A DNA stretch of 62,701 nucleotides, the filler included, from Asterionella formosa (Eukaryota), in NCBI GenBank assembly GCA_002256025.1. It is 4 parts of 4 records of this genome, joined end to end, with 100 filler letters (N's around TTAATTAATTAA, not from the genome) between each part and the next. Parts side by side here need not be neighbours in the genome. Positions count along the whole stretch, not along the records: positions 60,863 to 62,701 come from NKIB01001052.1; 3 more parts are not named here. One strand, written 5' to 3'. The notes under the pieces are model-generated. The model ran no database searches. It was not told the origin of the DNA and saw nothing but the letters and a program-made list of their open reading frames with translations. Positions within the stretch are counted from its first letter, which is position 1, and the number at the start of each line of letters is the position of its first letter. The translations under genes were made by a program, and so were the position numbers. Shown one piece after another: positions 60,863 to 62,701 of this stretch.

Positions 60863-61855
60863 CTGTGTCAATACAAGTTAGAGCACGAAATTCAATCGTT
60901 TGAGCAGCCACTGTTATCTTCCATGGACCAATTAGATCTACTGCGACTTCTGACCATGGTAATAATAATGCATTCCTGGGTGGAAGTTCTTCACATACTC
61001 TTACAATATGTTCCACTCTTGCTTTTAATGTAGGATGATAAAAATGTGTAGCAATTGTAGCATTTAATCTTGTCATACCCACATGAGCTAACATCTGATG
61101 ATACCAATTAGTAATAGGATCCAATAATGATGTAGGAATAGCAATACGCCAAGTATCTCCTGGATTGATGTTGGAGATTTCGGTCCAATATCAATATCAT
61201 CCTCCACCAAAGACTCAAGCCGCGGGAGGCGAGAGATGGAATCTGCAATAGCATTGTCAGTCCCTTTCACATAGTGAAAAGTAGGATGGTATTCATCAAT
61301 GTAAAGTCTCCATTGTAGAACACGTTGAGTATGTAATGTAATATAAATAAGATTTTGATGATCAGTGTGAACATGTAGAACTGCGCCCAATAACATAGAG
61401 CGGAATTCTTTGAAAGTTTCTACCACAGAAAGTAATTCTTTTTATTTAGTAGTATAATTTTTTTGAGCAGCAGATAATTTGCGAGAATAATAAGCAACTG
61501 GGAGATCATTTTGCATAATGACCGACCCTAATTGATAATCAGACGAGGCATCAGTAAAGATATTAAAAGGAAAATTATGGTCAGGATAACGCATGAGTGT
61601 ATCAGCAACTAACAATGCTTTCATTTCTTCAAAAGCTTGTTGATGGATAGGTAACCAGACAAATGGACTAGTTCCATGCGATCGTCTAGGAAACATGTCT
61701 CGATAGTAAGTAAAAGCACCGAGAAATGATCGAACTTGTTTAAGATTGGTAGGTGAAGACATATTAATCAATGCTCGGACCTTTTTAGACCAAGGTTTCA
61801 GTCCATTAGGAGTTAACCAATAGCCTAACCAATCTGTCTCTTTGACGGCCCATTC
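60863..61855 (-). mobile_element. Ty3/Gypsy pol remnant (RT end, RNase H, integrase start)
   Basis: [33 protein letters not shown]...[27 protein letters not shown], integrase Zn-finger; close relative of 31340-32310. Confidence 0.9.
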
Positions 61856-62701
61856 ACTGTCTGTAAATAAAAAGTATCATGCATATAGGATCAAGGTTAT
61901 CGTACGCTAAGTGGCACAGGATTTTCGTATATATGATAATTTTTGGATCAAAAATATGATCAAGGTATCTTGTATCTATGATGATTTATTAATATGTTAC
62001 CGACCTTGAAGTATAATGATAATAAGAGCATTATCATCACACAATGTATATAAACTGATCAACAATTTTTCTCGTCAATATCATAAACCTTCTCATATTA
62101 TTTTCACTTCTCGTGATCGCCCGATGTAAATCATTACTACAATGCATCCTAAAATCAGCTCAACTCTATGCATCATGTGAATTGTTTCATCGTAAATCTA
62201 TCGTAAACATGATCATAATTCTAATCACAAGCATTGTTCAAAATAGATTGAAATGGATCGTAATTTAACTATCAAATTAAGCAATGCTATCTATTAATGA
62301 TCTACTACATGCCAGCGACCCAACGTTTCCCTCTCTACTCGGCTCGATGTATATTGATCCTGTCTCGCCCTTTCCTTCCTCTATTCTGAATCTTGCGCCA
62401 TGCAGTGCTTAATGACTCGCATTTCTCCCTGCAATTAGTGACACTCTGAACTCACCGACTATTCCGTTGTTTCATTGGTTTTATTGTCCTATGCATGCAG
62501 TTACAGTTACAATGAGAAGGAATGGTTTGTTAGCTAGTCATGTTACATTGACACAAGAACACGCAATTCCATCATATCCTCTTGCTTCACTTACCACAAA
62601 TCAATGCAACTGATGCATAAGTCTATTAGCGGTAAATTGTCAGTAAATTCTTGAATAAGTAAGTTTCGGGTATCCAATGTTGTCGAATAAAACTTACCGG
62701 T

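Overview
Eukaryotic nuclear DNA, most likely from a diatom. This is inferred from short GT-AG introns, bipartite signal+transit plastid presequences (AF-type cleavage motif) and gene content. The first ~24 kb is gene-dense: SANT/Myb protein, plastid flavin amine-oxidase-family enzyme, tubulin-tyrosine-ligase-like, EBP2, ARF1, PPR-SMR, acyl-ACP desaturase, TL29/APX-like and HSF. From 24 kb onward, transposon debris is interleaved with a few host genes (coiled-coil protein, DNAJC11-like, EFG1, membrane protein, TPR protein) and four assembly gaps. The most notable element is at 25966-28752: an endonuclease-lacking Penelope-like (Athena/Coprina/Terminon-type) retroelement with (CCCTAA)n telomeric repeats at both ends and a complete type I hammerhead ribozyme fold just upstream of the 3' repeats. 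It lies inside the contig rather than at a chromosome end. Also notable: a tRNA-headed SINE-like insert inside a mini-LTR element, a pogo transposon carrying a second Cys/His-containing ORF, several non-autonomous TIR elements, and palindromic TACC(A/T)GGTA clusters upstream of many genes. All identifications come from reading motifs by eye; no database searches were run.
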